Shown here one piece after another: positions 27,401 through 42,400 of a stretch of 64,000 nucleotides of DNA. Within the stretch, counting starts at the first letter, position 1, and every line of letters begins with the position of its first letter. Under the pieces are notes generated by a model. The model saw nothing but the letters and a program-made list of their open reading frames with translations. It was not told where the DNA came from and did not search any database. A program made the translations under genes and the position numbers. The stretch spans positions 2,884,261 through 2,948,260 of the forward strand of contig JBNZDD010013730.1 in the NCBI GenBank assembly GCA_050575255.1. The letters run 5' to 3'. This DNA comes from Harriotta raleighana (taxonomy: Eukaryota).

Positions 27401-30400
27401 AAAATATACCTTGTGGCTGACTCTTTGAATAATTAAAAGTAAAATAAGCAATGAAGATAATCAGAAGGATAAAGTATCTGATAAACATCTCTGGTCATCC
27501 AAATTATCTTTTTATATTGGTGTTAAAGAAAGTTACCATTCTGCATTAACTTCAATTTATACTGAATACAAATAGATTTACACAATGGCTGGTATTCACC
27601 TGTTCATATTCTTCAAGTCTTTGGTGCTTTCCTTCTACGTCACTTTTCAGTTGGTTTATTTGCTGCTCCTTTTGTAGCAACTCAAATTCTTTCTCACGTA
27701 ACTGATCTTTTGTAACATGTAAATTTTCATCCAGGATTTCTACCTATCAATAGAATAACATTAAAATGATAAAGATAGAGCTGAGACTACTACTCGAATG
27801 ACACTAGTGACTATATTGATATTAATGAAAACACTGTCTTGGAGAAGAGTACGTTAGTATGGGAATAAGTAGGATAGCAAACCTGTTTACTGCGTTCTTT
27901 AACAATCAACTCAGCTTTCTCCAAAGCACCTTGTAAACGAATAATTTTCTGCTCAGTCTCAGTTTTGTGTTCATGAATATTCAAATCCAACTGTGTGAGC
28001 TGAGGAATAAAACATTTCCATCAATAATTTAGTGTTTACAAAGTCTGATTTAAACTGGGGGCATCTTCTCCATTAACTTGAATGTAAAAAAAGTTTGACA
28101 AGAAAGCAGCCCAACTGGACAGGTAGCTCTCCCATTTCCGTGTCAGAAGGTTGCAGATTCAAGCCCCACATTGGGAATTTGAAATCTGAAATGATTTTCC
28201 CAAGTGCTGGGGGAGGGCTGCATTGTCAGAGATTTGGAAGGGATGTTAAACTGTCTGTCTGGTCAGCTTCCTGTAGCACTTCTCAAAAGGTGTAGTGGGG
28301 TTTGACTGGGTATCCTGGACAACAATCCTCTGGATAAAATTTGTCAATTCATTTCAACAATTGTTTGCGGGACACTGCTCTGTGCAGATTGTCTAGAAAA
28401 TACACAGTGTGCACTTCTAAACTTTAAATGAATCCTGCAAATCACAGTTAATCTTATGAATTCCTTTAAGAAGCCTTCTTGACGTGAACAATGCTATATC
28501 AAACACAAGAACTATTGTTATTGTTATCTTCCATTCTACCTGAGCTGCTCTCTGCTTGAGCTCCCTCTGTCTATCTTTGAGTGCCTGATCCATGTCATAC
28601 ACCTCCTTATCCCTCTTCTGCAATTCATTTTGACATTCCCTGGAAAAGAAAAGTATTCACAAAAATGGTAGAAGCTTGTCATGTCTCTGAAATAATTCAA
28701 TTTTGAGGGGGCCAAAGGTATGACTACTATATTACCTGACCACATGTAAAAGACGTAGATTTTTCCAATATGGATGACATTCATTCTTTTAAACAGTAAC
28801 TCAGGGCATTATTAAAGCACACAAATATTTGAAATAGCTCAATTAACTCAATAGAATTCCACTAAATAATTCCACCGATGAAGTGGAAAACATTCCTCTT
28901 TTATCCCACTTTATAACAAGTCACGAATCTTTCATTTCTAATATAGTGATCATAACATGAAACATTCAAGATCCATTTTTTTCTTTTCAAATTGCACAAA
29001 GAGAAGACTGTGTGAAAAATAACTCATTGACCACATCTGATGAATGTTAACATTAAACATGCTCTTATTCTACGTAGGAACATGTGGAAAAAATTACAGC
29101 ACAGTAGTTGGCAAATGAGAAACACCATTGTTGCTGCACCAGTTTTGAAGGATTTCAATTCTAATCATTTTCAGGATTCCGTTATATTTAGAAACACTTG
29201 CATGAAAAACAAATACAGTACAGAAAACGCTCATTCTCTAAATAGATGGAATTTTGTTTCAAATCATCATCCTTCAGAATAAACAAGAACTTCAGTTACA
29301 ATAAATATCAAGCATTTCAAGATTTGGAGTCTGAGCATGTCCATATACCCATATAAATAAATTCTCTTCCCCCTTCCGATTAGCTCAGAACAATGAACAA
29401 GTCAACCAACCAGTAAAAGTTGTTGACCATGTGCTTCGCTGATAGAAATCATATGATAAGAAAAATACACTCTACACTCTGTTGCTTATTGGTCTATAAC
29501 CTCCCAATATGTCACCACCTCTAGACCGACGTATGTACTGTTATTGTGAAGATTCCTATTTATCGTTCGGAACTGACTGCCAAGTTCACCCAAATGCAAA
29601 GACATTGCATTTTATAGTATATTCTGTGAAAAGCTTTGGAACATCTTCCCTTATGTGTAAGTGCTTTATTAAATGTAAAGGTTTATTCTTATTGAGTTCC
29701 ATCCCAAGCTTGGGTTTGAGTGTTCCCAATTTAATGGGATGAATGCCTCTTCTCACACTGCAAATTCTTAGGATTCAACGTGAAGTACAGTTGAACAAGA
29801 GCAAACTAAACTTGTGTGAATCTATAAGGTCAAATAAGTGGATATTGCAGTGTAATTACCAAATTAGCAAAACTGATTCCTGGTTCGGGAATCAGAATTT
29901 TTACAGTGTTGGGGAAAAAAAAGGGAGTTTTATATGGGCTAAAATTGATATAAGGTTGGAACTAAGAAGAGTACTTTCCTGTTGGAAGTGGTCTTTTGAT
30001 AGAATATCTAATGTCTGCCAGCTATAGATTATGTGCAAGTCTACATTAATCCAACTGCTCAGAAGAACGGAGCTTGTTGTGTAGTGCAGATGGCCATTCA
30101 ACAGAAACTACTGTGAATAGTTGATTCAATGTGAATAGTTCATTCATGATTCATTCGTATGTTGGACATTGATACAAACTGGCTGCTGATTTACCTACAA
30201 AATACTGTCAGAACACTTCACAGAATATACTGTGAAATGCCTTGAGATGATCTCCCAATGTGAAAGGTTATCAATTGCAAGGATTATTATTATTATTATT
30301 AATTAAGCTTTATTTAATTGTACTGCACAATCTTTAGTGATAAATGAAAAAATGTTTTTTTCTCATTTTAAGAGCTACAAAATAATGAACTTCAGCTGCT

Positions 30401-33400
30401 CCCACTCAAACCTCCAGCACAATTACATAATGAAGGAATTTGATATGTTTAAAAATACCTTTTAAATTCTTTATTGGACTAATATTACATGTATTCACTA
30501 TTAAATCTCATCCTTGGCTAACATAAAAAATGTGTTGTTTGTTCCATTAATCTTACTAATAGTACTGAAACACTTTTGCAAAGCGCAAGACAGCAAGAAA
30601 AAAATCTTTCAAAGAGATTTTAAGGAATTTAGTACTTCAAAATCCTTTACAGTGCTGTTTAACTTGATTAGTTTCAAAACCGTATTTACAAGTATATATG
30701 AATAGGCACTTGTTTTTCTGAACACTTCACAATATGTTATTCACATATTTACGTGAAAGGCACCATACAAGTGTAATTTTGTTGTTGTTCACAGTGGATT
30801 CTATGATACTTACATCACATGTGAAACATTAAGGCTGAAAGCGTTTCCGGCAGCACTGATCAAAGGTGGCGGACAACAAATGATTTAATTGCATTTATAC
30901 AATTTTAGCCAATCAGCACTAGTTCACTTTAGTTACGTCATTAAAACCAAAATGTGTATCTTGATGGCACAATTTGACAAAGCTTCGTTCATTAGTAAAT
31001 ACATAATGTCACATCAATTGGTAATGTAATCCGCAAAATGCATACAGAGGGGCATGTTCGAACCTATAATCAAACAGATTATACTAGTGTAAAATCAAAT
31101 TGTTCAAGATAAAAAGGTTGTTATGCAAACATGTACACATATTGTAGACTTTACAGCAGTAACGATTATGATCAAAAATCTTAAAGAACGAAATTGATTG
31201 AAACACTAAATAAACCCAGTCCAAGTCCATTTATCTTCAGCACCAAGCATATCAAGCAGTTCACTCCTTGGTTCTTGGATACGGAACTCACCTAAATTCA
31301 GCAGTGAGCTGTTCAATTGTGTCATTCTTTTGGTCAATACTGTTTTGGGCTTTTTGAAGTACATCTCGAAGCTCCTGAAGTTGATTCAAAGTGCCTTGCA
31401 ATTCACCGCGCATATTTTTCAAGTGCAAATCCAGCTCCTGATTCTGCTGCAGTGAATTCTTACGCTCTGCCTCGGTTTTGTGCAGCTTTTCTTCCAGATC
31501 AATCACTGAAACAAGTTACAAAATGATATAGCTTTAGCACATGGATCAAAACCCCCCACTTTTATGCTGCTGTATTTAGCCAGTCAACCTATCATAGATA
31601 GTGCCTATCACAGAAGGCTTAAGACAGTTTCAAGATAATAATGGAAGTCCACTAAAATCATCCTTGACAACTACCAAATGTTTTCCTTATTCTTACTCAG
31701 AAAATCCTTAAAATCATTGCAAGTTACGAAACTTAACTTTTAAAAAAAACTTATTGAACCAGACAGCACTTGTGAATCACTAATAAAGACTGATTTGCAA
31801 AAACAAGGAATAGCTTCCTTAGTACTGTAGTTTGACTTTTTTTTTCCTTTAAAATAAATCAATGATAATATACATGGGACACACACACACCATACAAAAT
31901 ATGTTCACTACAACCTTGGTCAGACTTCTTTTCCAGTTCTATCTGGGTTTCACGTAGACACAGCTCTAGCTGGTTGAGCTGAATTTCTTTGCTTGCACTA
32001 TCACGTCTCAGCTGCAGAAGCTCAGTTTCTAAAGTAGTAAATTCATTTTTGCATTCGTTCATCTCCATCTTTAATTTCCTGATCATCATAGAAACACACA
32101 GGAGAAGTGGACAGTCAGAAAAACTAACAAAAATACATAATACCATAATATTAAATTGCACAAATCATGCAATATCCAAATGAGATGTTCTGTGTGCTTT
32201 CGTTATACTAAATGCGCAAATACTCGTTACAGTCTCAAGTCATATAAAAATATTAGTCATAAGACAATCATAAGGCAGTTATAGCCTAAGATTATTTTTT
32301 GAAAGATGAAAAATTAATTCCCAAAACAAAGTAGTAGCTGTTATTCAACAGCAACTTGCATTTATATAGTGCCTTTCACCCTGGGAAGATGTCCTAAAGC
32401 ACTGGACAGTCAAGGGTTTGCACCCGAGCTGGGAGGTGGAATCAAGGGGGTGGGAGCCAAAGGAAATGGGTTGGAAGGATGACTCAAGGCACAGTCAAAA
32501 GGATGGTCTTGAGACAGGCCTTGAAGGAAGCAAGAGAAGAGGTTAGAACAACATTTGTGCGATGGTGTTCCAGAGGGTAGAGGCAGAAAGGCTAGTTAGG
32601 CCAAGCAGCAGCACAACACACAAAATGGTAACAAGTATTCCCATTATATAGTGCTGATGTTTATGATAATAATTCTGGGTGTGTTAAGAACAAAAAAAAT
32701 CCACATAAAAAGGGTAAACCACTGAACCTTTACAGCAAGAAAATGTTCTTCCTCAAAAAATTTAATTTCCATTGAAAGATTAAGTGCTTTATCATTTCCC
32801 ATTTTCAAAATGTTACTGAATCACTAATTGAAATTGAATGATAGGAGTAGACAAATTAGATTTGTTTTTTAAATTTCTTGACAGAAATGAACCAAAACAA
32901 CTTACTTCATAGTGTTATTAAGATCCATAACATGTTGTTTTTTGTATTCTACTTCACGACAGGCTTGGTAAAGCTTTTCTTCTGCTTTGGCAAGCTCTTC
33001 ACCTGACAACCCTTTCTGCTTCTGTAATTCTTGTTCCAGTTTAGAAACCTATTTTATAAACATATTATTGTACAATCCAGATTTTAAATTTACATTACCC
33101 CCAGTCCAATCCAATCCAGGTAAATGATAAAGAAAGTGTTTATTTTCAGGGTTGTTACCTGTCTCTCTAGCATCATTTGGTTGTCCTCTAACTCTCCAAT
33201 TCTGGAGGTACCCTGCTGTAACATCTGCTGATGCTGCTTTAAGGATTGTTGGAATTGAACATTCTGTTCACTTGTTTCCTGCAGGTTGACTGTGGACAAC
33301 TTCAGCTCTTTCTGCATTTGACGCACCTTCAAAAATAAATGTAAAAAAACCTCAGATTTCTTGCCACTGGACTTTTGTTAATAGTTTGGCAGGTCAGTAC

Positions 33401-36400
33401 AGGGTCACACCAATTTTTCTTGAACAAAATTAAAGCAGAAGTCAAACATTGCATTACATATACATTATACATACATTATAAATATATAATATATATATAT
33501 ACATATATGGGAAACGGTGGTATATTTAGTCATTTCCTTGTTCTGATGATGATTTGCTCTAGCATTATTCCTGTTCCTCCTCTGCCCATCACTCTTGTCC
33601 CTCTGAATGGCATAATTTTCTCTAAAGATAAAGGTTTAATTATCTCCTACAATATTAATATTAATTTGAGTTTGATCCCTGCTATGCAGCTGCATCAAAG
33701 ACAGAGCAGTCTTAATAATGTTCCACAGTTCTTTGATTAACAAAGGAAACACCTAGGCCTTTCGTTCCTGACTCTTATTCACTCTCACTCACCTGCTGGA
33801 TGTGTGCTGACATTAATATTGAGCAAATGTTGTTAAATATCCTGTTGAGATTTAGTGTCCTGTCCTCACATATGAAGAGTTCTCACAAATATGGGCCACT
33901 AATGAACCATATACAGTGCAAGCCCATGACATTTAAAACATAATTCCTAAAAAAAACTTAGGAGGAGGAATACTGTACATTTACTGTCTTGTAGATGTTA
34001 AAAGTCACTTTTGTTTACCTCTTCAGACTTCTTGCTATGCTGTTTTTCAAAATGTGTCCGTTCCGTTTTCATTTGCTGTATTTGTGTTTTGAGTTCTTCG
34101 TTACAAAGAGCCAATGCTGCTTCCAGCTCTCGAACCTGGTTTGTTAATTTCAAAAAAATTCAAATATTTTTAAAGCTTAAATAAATGTGATTTGGGAGTT
34201 TTTAAGGGAACACAAGCATTCATTTAACTAAATTTTGAAATTGTGAAACTGAATGTATGTTAATCTTCCACTGTCACAGGACATGGAGAGACACATTTAC
34301 CACAAATTAAACTGTAAATAAAATAACCTTAAATTAAAAGAATCTAGGATTATAGGGTTTACAGACTTTGAAAACTGCTTCTTCTGCTTCGGTTTGCAAG
34401 GCTTTTAAAGCTGCAGCATTTCTTTTATTTTGTTCCTCTGTCTTCTACAGATAAAACAAAACAAAAACACATTACAAAATAACAAATGGCATTCAACTGA
34501 TAAAGGTGGATCTGGCAGAAGCCATCTTTAAAAATGTTAGCAAATCTAATTGCAATAAATACACAGTACAGGAGCTTTATTCTTTATCGTCAAAAGAGTA
34601 TAACCAACCTTTCCATAGCAACTGCCTTTCAAGGAGTAAACCTAACAAAGACCAATGCTTTCTGATGCTCAAAACTTTCTGATCTTATAAAGGCCATTTG
34701 CTACATTGGGCAATGGCTTTATCCAGCCAAACTGCAGCTTGAGATCGCAGTAGGCCAGCTAAGTCCGTCGGTTTCGATTGGTAGTGCATTTGTTTTTTCT
34801 TGATTCATGGCATAAAACCATATTCAATCAAGAAAATGTATTTTGTTGGCCAACCAAAAAGATTGGCCACCACTGCAATAGACCATCAGAGGAACTGTGC
34901 TTTGTTCATAATCAGTTGCTGTTTCAAACCATGATATTGTATTAAATATATTAATTTATAGATTAAATGTTTAAACAATATAAAATGAGTATTTGCCCAA
35001 TCAACCATTGACTAAAGTAGTTTATGAAAAGTAAAATCTTAAAATATAACTTGCCTCTCTGGCTTCCTGAAGTATTGTTTCCAATGTCTCAATTTTGTTT
35101 TGCCTGGAATAGATTTCTTCCTGAAGAGCACATATAGTTTGATCTTGTTTCTTCACCTGCAGAAACTTTTCTTCCAACTGACTTTGAACCTTGGTTTATA
35201 AAACAAAAGTAAAACAGATGTTAATAATACCTTTAACTAACCAACAGATATATTCCAGTTCTGACGCACCCTTCAAGCATACACTTCAAAAGCATCTTAA
35301 AAACATATCAGCTGCCCACTTCTCTTTCAGAGTGTTTTGTGGCTCATGTTCCTCTCCCTATTTTCCTTTTCCTTATGGTCCCTAGAACCATATTTTTCTC
35401 TTACATTTAAGTTTATCGGTAAGCAAATTGTATTAACTTGAAACTTAAGGACTTTAAGAGCACACCAACTTCATGAAACTAAAAATAAGCAGCAGGAAAA
35501 CTCACAATTTCAATCTGTTTTTCCAGTTCTTGGCATTGCTCAATGTGGATTTTCCTAATATTTTCACGTTCTGCAATTTCACTTTCATGTTGGTCCTTTA
35601 TCATTCTTTCCAAATTGCAAATGTCTTTATTCTTTTCCTGAAACATTTTGAGGAAATAAAAAGAAATTTCCAGAATTTCTTAAATTTAATTAAATTTACA
35701 GAAGCAGAATTTCATTGTTCAGCACATCTAGAAATCACATCCAAGGGAGAATAAATTTGTCAGGGTTCTAAATATATGATATTAAATTAAAACAGATAAA
35801 TTGCAACATTTACATAATGTAGTTTGATTATAAGTTCTTCCCACATCTATGAATAGCATAGTAAAGACCTCCTGGAAACCAGAAACCCACCACATTACCA
35901 GAGATACTGTCAGAAATAAATGTCAAAATTAGACAGGATGGTCCAACCATAAATTCACAAGCAAAAATAAAGCTTAATGTCAGAAGCATTATTCTCTCGG
36001 ACAGTAAATTGAACTATCCATTCCAAATATAGCCTCATTAACAGGAGGCAAATGTGTGAATTTGTGTGCTATCAGATTTAGGACTCATTCAGAAAAACAG
36101 AAAAACAATCTTTATTGATATATATGCAACACATTCCAGTCAATGGCTTGTCATTTAATATTTATTCCAATATAACCAGAACTTACTATAAGTTCTTGTT
36201 CTAATTCAGTTGCTTTCACAGCTCTCGTTGAGTAAGCAATGGTTTTCTCCTCCAACTGTTTCTCCATTGTAGAAGCCTGCGATTTCATCTTTTTCAACTA
36301 ACAAAACAGAATAAATGCACATTTCAGGTATTTAGAAATAAGCAATTATGTTCACGATCGATACAAGGGTAAGTTATGTTGCAGCTATAAAGATACTCTA

Positions 36401-39400
36401 AACCCGGTTAGTTAATCACAACTTTTTTTTCCATAATCGTGTTCACAAAAACCCTCGAACTGCAGCCTAACCATGTTGTGTGAAAGTTCAGAGACTGCAC
36501 AGGCACAGAAAACCAGAATTTCCACCGTACTCATTATTAGCTACTTGCTCAGCATTCATAATATCTGAAAGTATTTTTCAAAATATTTAAAAGTATTTTT
36601 CTTTAGCATTGAGAGTGCGATTGAAGTCAAACTCTGTTTTTAATGAAATAATTCATCGATCAAAAGAAAAAGATCTATGTCCTCCTTCCAAAAGCTATTA
36701 TTAGATTGTGTGTCAGCCAGGCTCAGTGGTAGCACTCTTGCCTCTGAATCAGAAGGTTCTGAGTTCAAGCCCCCATGTAAGACACTCACTCCATTGCTGT
36801 GTGTCTGTATGGAACTATCTGGCTGTCAAAATACAGTCAATTCACTTACAGTATATCCTAAGAAGCACATTGAGATATCGCAATGATGCAATAACAAATG
36901 CAACGATTATTATTGTTGTGAATTATGAATGTCCTGGAATGGCAATGTGATCAACATGTTTCTCCCATAATGTTTATGTGAAACTACTTACCTCTTGCTC
37001 TATATCTGCAGTGTATGAGTTCTTTTCCAACAATTCCTCTTGCAACTGCTGAAACTGATTAATCTTCTGAGTCATACGAGCCTGCAAAGTTGAGATTGTA
37101 GTTTCTGCTTCCAACAACCTGGTCTGCAGCTCCTCAACTTCTCTTATATTTCTACGTCGCTCTTCCTCATAATTGGAAATGAGCTGCTCCTGGGACTTTC
37201 TGTCATCTAATAAAGTTTGAGAATTAGTGAGTTATACAGACGTGCTCAACAGTTACAGAAAAAAATAGGAAATTCCTAAGTGGGCAAATTCTTCATAGTC
37301 TAAACTTACTTCTGTCCGTAAGATGTTCTGAGCTCAGACCATCCAACATGTCACCACCTCGACCTAGGTTAGCACTACATCGCTGCTGTGATGCTTTGTT
37401 ATTGATCAGCCCAGTCTGTCGATTCTGAATTTCAGAATCTTTGTTTGATAGTTTCATCCTGGAAGAAAATAATTTCACTCCAAATTGGAAACAGAACAAA
37501 GAGCTTTCCTCTGCACCTAACCTCAGCGCCTTGGGACGACCTCCTGACGTGAAAGGCCCTCTATAAATGTAATTTTATTATTGTTTTGTTGTAACCTCTT
37601 AACCCTTAATAAAGCCTGTCTGATGAAGACTTGATACTGTTTCTATAACTGGGTGGGGGGTGGTGTTCTTTATCCATTCTCTTGTATCAAACATTTTAAT
37701 TAACTTATTTCTCGTCAATCGCAAGTCAACAGAACAATTTTAAACCAAGTAAAACATTGGTAAACCTCCAAACATATTGCAAACCTGAGATACGATGGTC
37801 TACCATCATTTCTGATTTGTCGTCTAGCAATTGAAGAAAATACCTGTGATCCCCATAGTAAGCGTCATTGGACACAGAGCAGAAGCCGGAGTCTTTCACA
37901 CCATTTTCCTTTCTCGTGGATGAAAAGGCATCAGAGAATTCTGAACCAGGCAGTCCTGTACTATACACTCTGCTGTCTCCCTATCAAGACAAGAGCAGCC
38001 AGACTCTAAAACCTTAGATTTTGTACTTACTTTGACATGTTACACAACTGTATTTTTACAATCTCTAGCAAGCTAAGACTAGACTTCTTTTCCCGCAGGA
38101 AGGCAACCTCTCACATGACAATACATACACACACCCCCACACAACCATTATTGCAAACATGTGAATCAATACCAAAGGAATCTTATACACAGCCCATTGT
38201 ATATAGGCTCAGGCAAAATGTTCAGTTTGTACACCCCCAAAGTAGCATTCGGAGTAAAGAATTTTTGATGGTTGTAATTGAACAAATATCTGCCAACCAT
38301 ATTTTTCCACTAAAACTGCGTAAAATGCTGCACATGCTTATCTTTCCCCAATTGCACTTTTCATTCTCAATAAGCTTGTGCAAGCAAACACCTCAGCTCA
38401 CACAATCTCTTGTACAGTTAAGGACAAATGGACCACACAAATAGAGTATACAAAATTAAAACGTCACGAAAATAGTTCAATTTTCAGATACACGTTAGAA
38501 AGTTCAAAATTTAAACTGAACAGTTTAAAAACAGTGGAAAAAACAGTCTCTCGAGCACACTGTGACTGACACTTGCCACAGGAGAATAGACTTTTTTTAA
38601 GGTTACCTCTGCATTTCCTTTCCTTTGTAGTTGCACCATTGACTCCAAGTTTCTGCACTCCGTTTTGGCATTCTCCACTTCTTTGCAGAACTGAAGCAAT
38701 CGCTCACTTTGGCAAGTTGTAAGTGATCTTAATTCTACGTTCTCCATCCTTAAAGCATCTCGATCTTTCACTAGGGCTTCTTTATTGGCTAATTCTCTTT
38801 CCAACATGACAATTTTTTCCTTGGCATGAGACAGCAGTGAAAACAGCTCTGTGTTTTTAGCCTCCCGATCCTTTTGAAGCACTCTTAAACTGTAAGATTC
38901 TTTCATAAGATGCCTACAAAAAGAACAAATTTGTAAAACTGTTACACATATATGTATACATATTCAGACACACATACATGGAATATGGCATTGCACTCAT
39001 TATTCATTTGTTTGAAGAATGTACATATTTCAAACAACAAAATGACACTTATAGAGCGCCTTTCATGTTAGGAGGACGTTTCAAGGCGCTGACCTAATTC
39101 AGACAGATATACTGTAGTGAACCAGGTTGACCCAGTGGAAGGGTAAGGTAAGAGTTAGGGTAGCACTGCAACCACGAGAAGCTGTTTTCACAGCAAAGCT
39201 CTGAGACCTGATTTAACAATCCCATTGTTGGACAGCTCATTCGTAAGTACAGTATGAATCAATGGGAACAAATGGGACTAATATTGCAATAATAAGGCGA
39301 GTGTGGCTATAGAGATGAAGGATATTGTTAGCTAGCATCAGTGTAGTATGACGTGATCTCTCCGTGCTGAAAATGTTTATTTTATTATTTTGGGACATCA

Positions 39401-42400
39401 TTGATTCTGATTATGATGACTTTGGATGGATTGCTGCAAGGTATCAGAGGGCAATGGGCACCCATATCCAACTGCCTTCAAGTAGAGGAATAGAGGATAA
39501 AATTGGTTGGGAAGAAAAATGGAAATCAGCTTCACTGTCCTTTAAAACATGAGTTTGATTTCTACCACTTTTAAAATACTGTATAAGGGAAAGTTAACAA
39601 GTCAACATAGCTGCATGAAGCCATTAATATTAAAACCATAATGAATTCACAAATAACAGGCATTTTCTTCATAAATAAATCAAATATTTGACAAAAATAG
39701 AATGTATTGACCTGGTTTCTTCATTCTTGTTTTCCAATTCCTTTTCAAAGGAAGCAAATCTGTCTAACAATTCCTGTCGTTCCCTGTTGACTTGAACAAG
39801 ACTGTTCTGTAATTCCACCTCCTCAGCTTCAAACTATAATCCAAAAAGAAAAGTTCATATAGAAGATAAGCACTCATGTTAGGCACATTTTCTATTTAGA
39901 ATGAATTAATGCACATAATCTCTTACCCTTGAAAGTTTCTCTGTTGTCTTTTCCTTGTACTCTTTCAAGGTTGCTGACATTTCCTCAGCGTTTAAAAGAG
40001 CTTCATTTCTTTGTTGTTCAGTTCTGTTTAAAACAAAATAATTCCAAGTCTCATAATAACAATTGATAAGATATTACCGGAAGTTGGTTTATGTGGCTCT
40101 CTACAAATGCCAATAGCATCAGTGTGTTGCATCCATTACTTAGTGATAAAACTTCATTCAAGCAGTTCAAGTCTGCTCAGTGACAACATCACTCCCACTC
40201 TTGCCCGTTTCCTCTGGCTCCCCATCCCCCAGAGGATCGAATTCAACAACCTCGCCCTCACCTTCAAGGCTATTCACGGCCTTGCTTCCGCCTATCTCTC
40301 TGACTTGCTGTCTCCCTATCCGCCTGCCCGCCTGCTCCGTTCAGCAGACTCAGGCCTGCTCCACATCCACTACCCTAACCGCTCAACCATCAGTGGCCGG
40401 GCTTTCAGCCTCTCTGCCCCCACACTGTGGTACTCCATCCTGCAGCCCCTCCGCCTTGCTTCCTCCCTTTCCTCCTTCAAGGCTGGTCTCAAGACCTTCC
40501 TCTTCGACTGCGCCTTCGGCTCCCCCACCTAACTCTTCCCCTTCTCCCACTCTCCTTCACCCTCCCCCTAGCCTCGACCCTCCACACCTGGCTCGGGTCC
40601 CGATCTGACTGTTCAGCGCTCTGGGACGTCCTCCCGACGTGAAAGGCGCTATACAAGTGTAATTTTGTTGTTGTTGCTGGCAAGATATCCATAGGCATCT
40701 TCTCAAATTCCCACTTGGCTATTATGGTTTTGTGAACATCATGGAATAAATTTTTCACAAAATAAACTCCCAAATGTCAATTACCTTTTTCCTCTTTTAC
40801 TCCTGTCAAATAAGTCATTCTTCAATCTACTGCATTCTTCCGTTAGCTTTTCAACGAACTTGTCCTTTTCAGCCACCATCCACTGACATTCCTCCAATTT
40901 TTCTTCAGCATCTCTTATTAAAAAAAAACAAAAGGAGTCAATGGCAGCGGCGGTAATGAAAAGCTTGCCAATTCACTAGAAACAATAGAAATAGTAACAT
41001 AGACACATCCAATTATAAAATGATATATTGCTAACAAAATCACATCATAACTGTGGGGGAGGAATAACCCATTATATGAGCTTTTAAATATTGAGCAAAA
41101 TGTCACACTATAATAATGTTAAGTACAGTATTTTCAGCACTATTGAAATACAAAAAGATTACTTTCACAACAATTTTACTCCACATACATGATGATGGGA
41201 CCAATAGAAATGCTCACTCCCATAAACCTTATATATGAATACAGTAAAACCTTGATAATCCGATTCGAAAGCCAGCAACTCCCTAAAACCAGCAAGATTT
41301 CAAAATACATATAATATTTTTTTTCTGACATCCAGAAAATTCCCCCCAAATTCAGAATACCAGCATGTAGTCCCTAGCTTGATCATTCTGACATCCTGTG
41401 CTGTGGTTGCCACTCGGGCATAGTTTGGCTTCAGGGCTGTGTTTACATGGAAGGGCTTCCCCAGCCATTTCTAGGTAGGCAAACTCTTCCTTCCCTGATC
41501 CTGAATGAGTCCTAAATCCTACATCACAGATCCATTCCCACTTTTTGAGTCTATATTTGGAAAAGATAATTGTCTTTCCTGTTCAAGAAAGAATACTGCT
41601 TCTGACTTTAATCTTTATTTTGGCTAGTGTCTTTCAAAACAAACGTATTTTTATTGCATTTTCAATTCACAAGACAACGTTCCCAGAGAATTATGAGTAC
41701 AAGAACATGCTTCGCAAATAACTCGGAAAAGCTAATGTCGCACACAGCGTTGTTCTACATATTACCTGAGAGCTTTTTCCTGAGCCTCCACCTCTGACTC
41801 CAAACCCAAGATATGTTCTTTTAGCTGGGGGACACTCTGTGCATTTGCCTCTACATTTGATTCAAGATGGCGAATCTGAAATTAAAATTCTACAATTTAA
41901 AAACTTAAAAACCTCACAATAAACTTAATTTTCTTTACACAATGTTCATCATTTGCATGGATTAGGGCATTCTTATTCAAATCCTAAATTGTTATCCAGT
42001 CTTCTTTCTGCAGCAATAGTTCATCGTTCCAACCTGCCCGCTGCCCCAATGAATAAATAATTATTTATATTTTCATATGATCTAACTTTGGGAATAAAAC
42101 TTGATACAAATGAAGCTTTTGATTAGCCTATTCCGCCATGAAGATTTTTATAAAGAAAAGATATACAATGCATATTAATTCAAGTTCATGTATTCCTAGA
42201 GTATAATATTGTTCCAAATACAAGGAATTTTTCCCCCAGCCTTTAAATTAGTTTTAAAATTGCTACTTGTCTTATATTTGTGCACCGAATACATTATAAT
42301 GCTCTCTGATATTGAGGAAAAAACGCACACAACAATTGAGAAATTACATAGTGGGTTACAGTGCAGGTTAATCTTGGGGCAAGTAACATTGCACAGGCTT

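Noticed and set aside
41240-41290. Tigger/mariner-like terminus TACAGTAAAACCTTGATAATCCG
   Set aside because: I could not find the matching opposite terminal repeat, so the element is unsupported.
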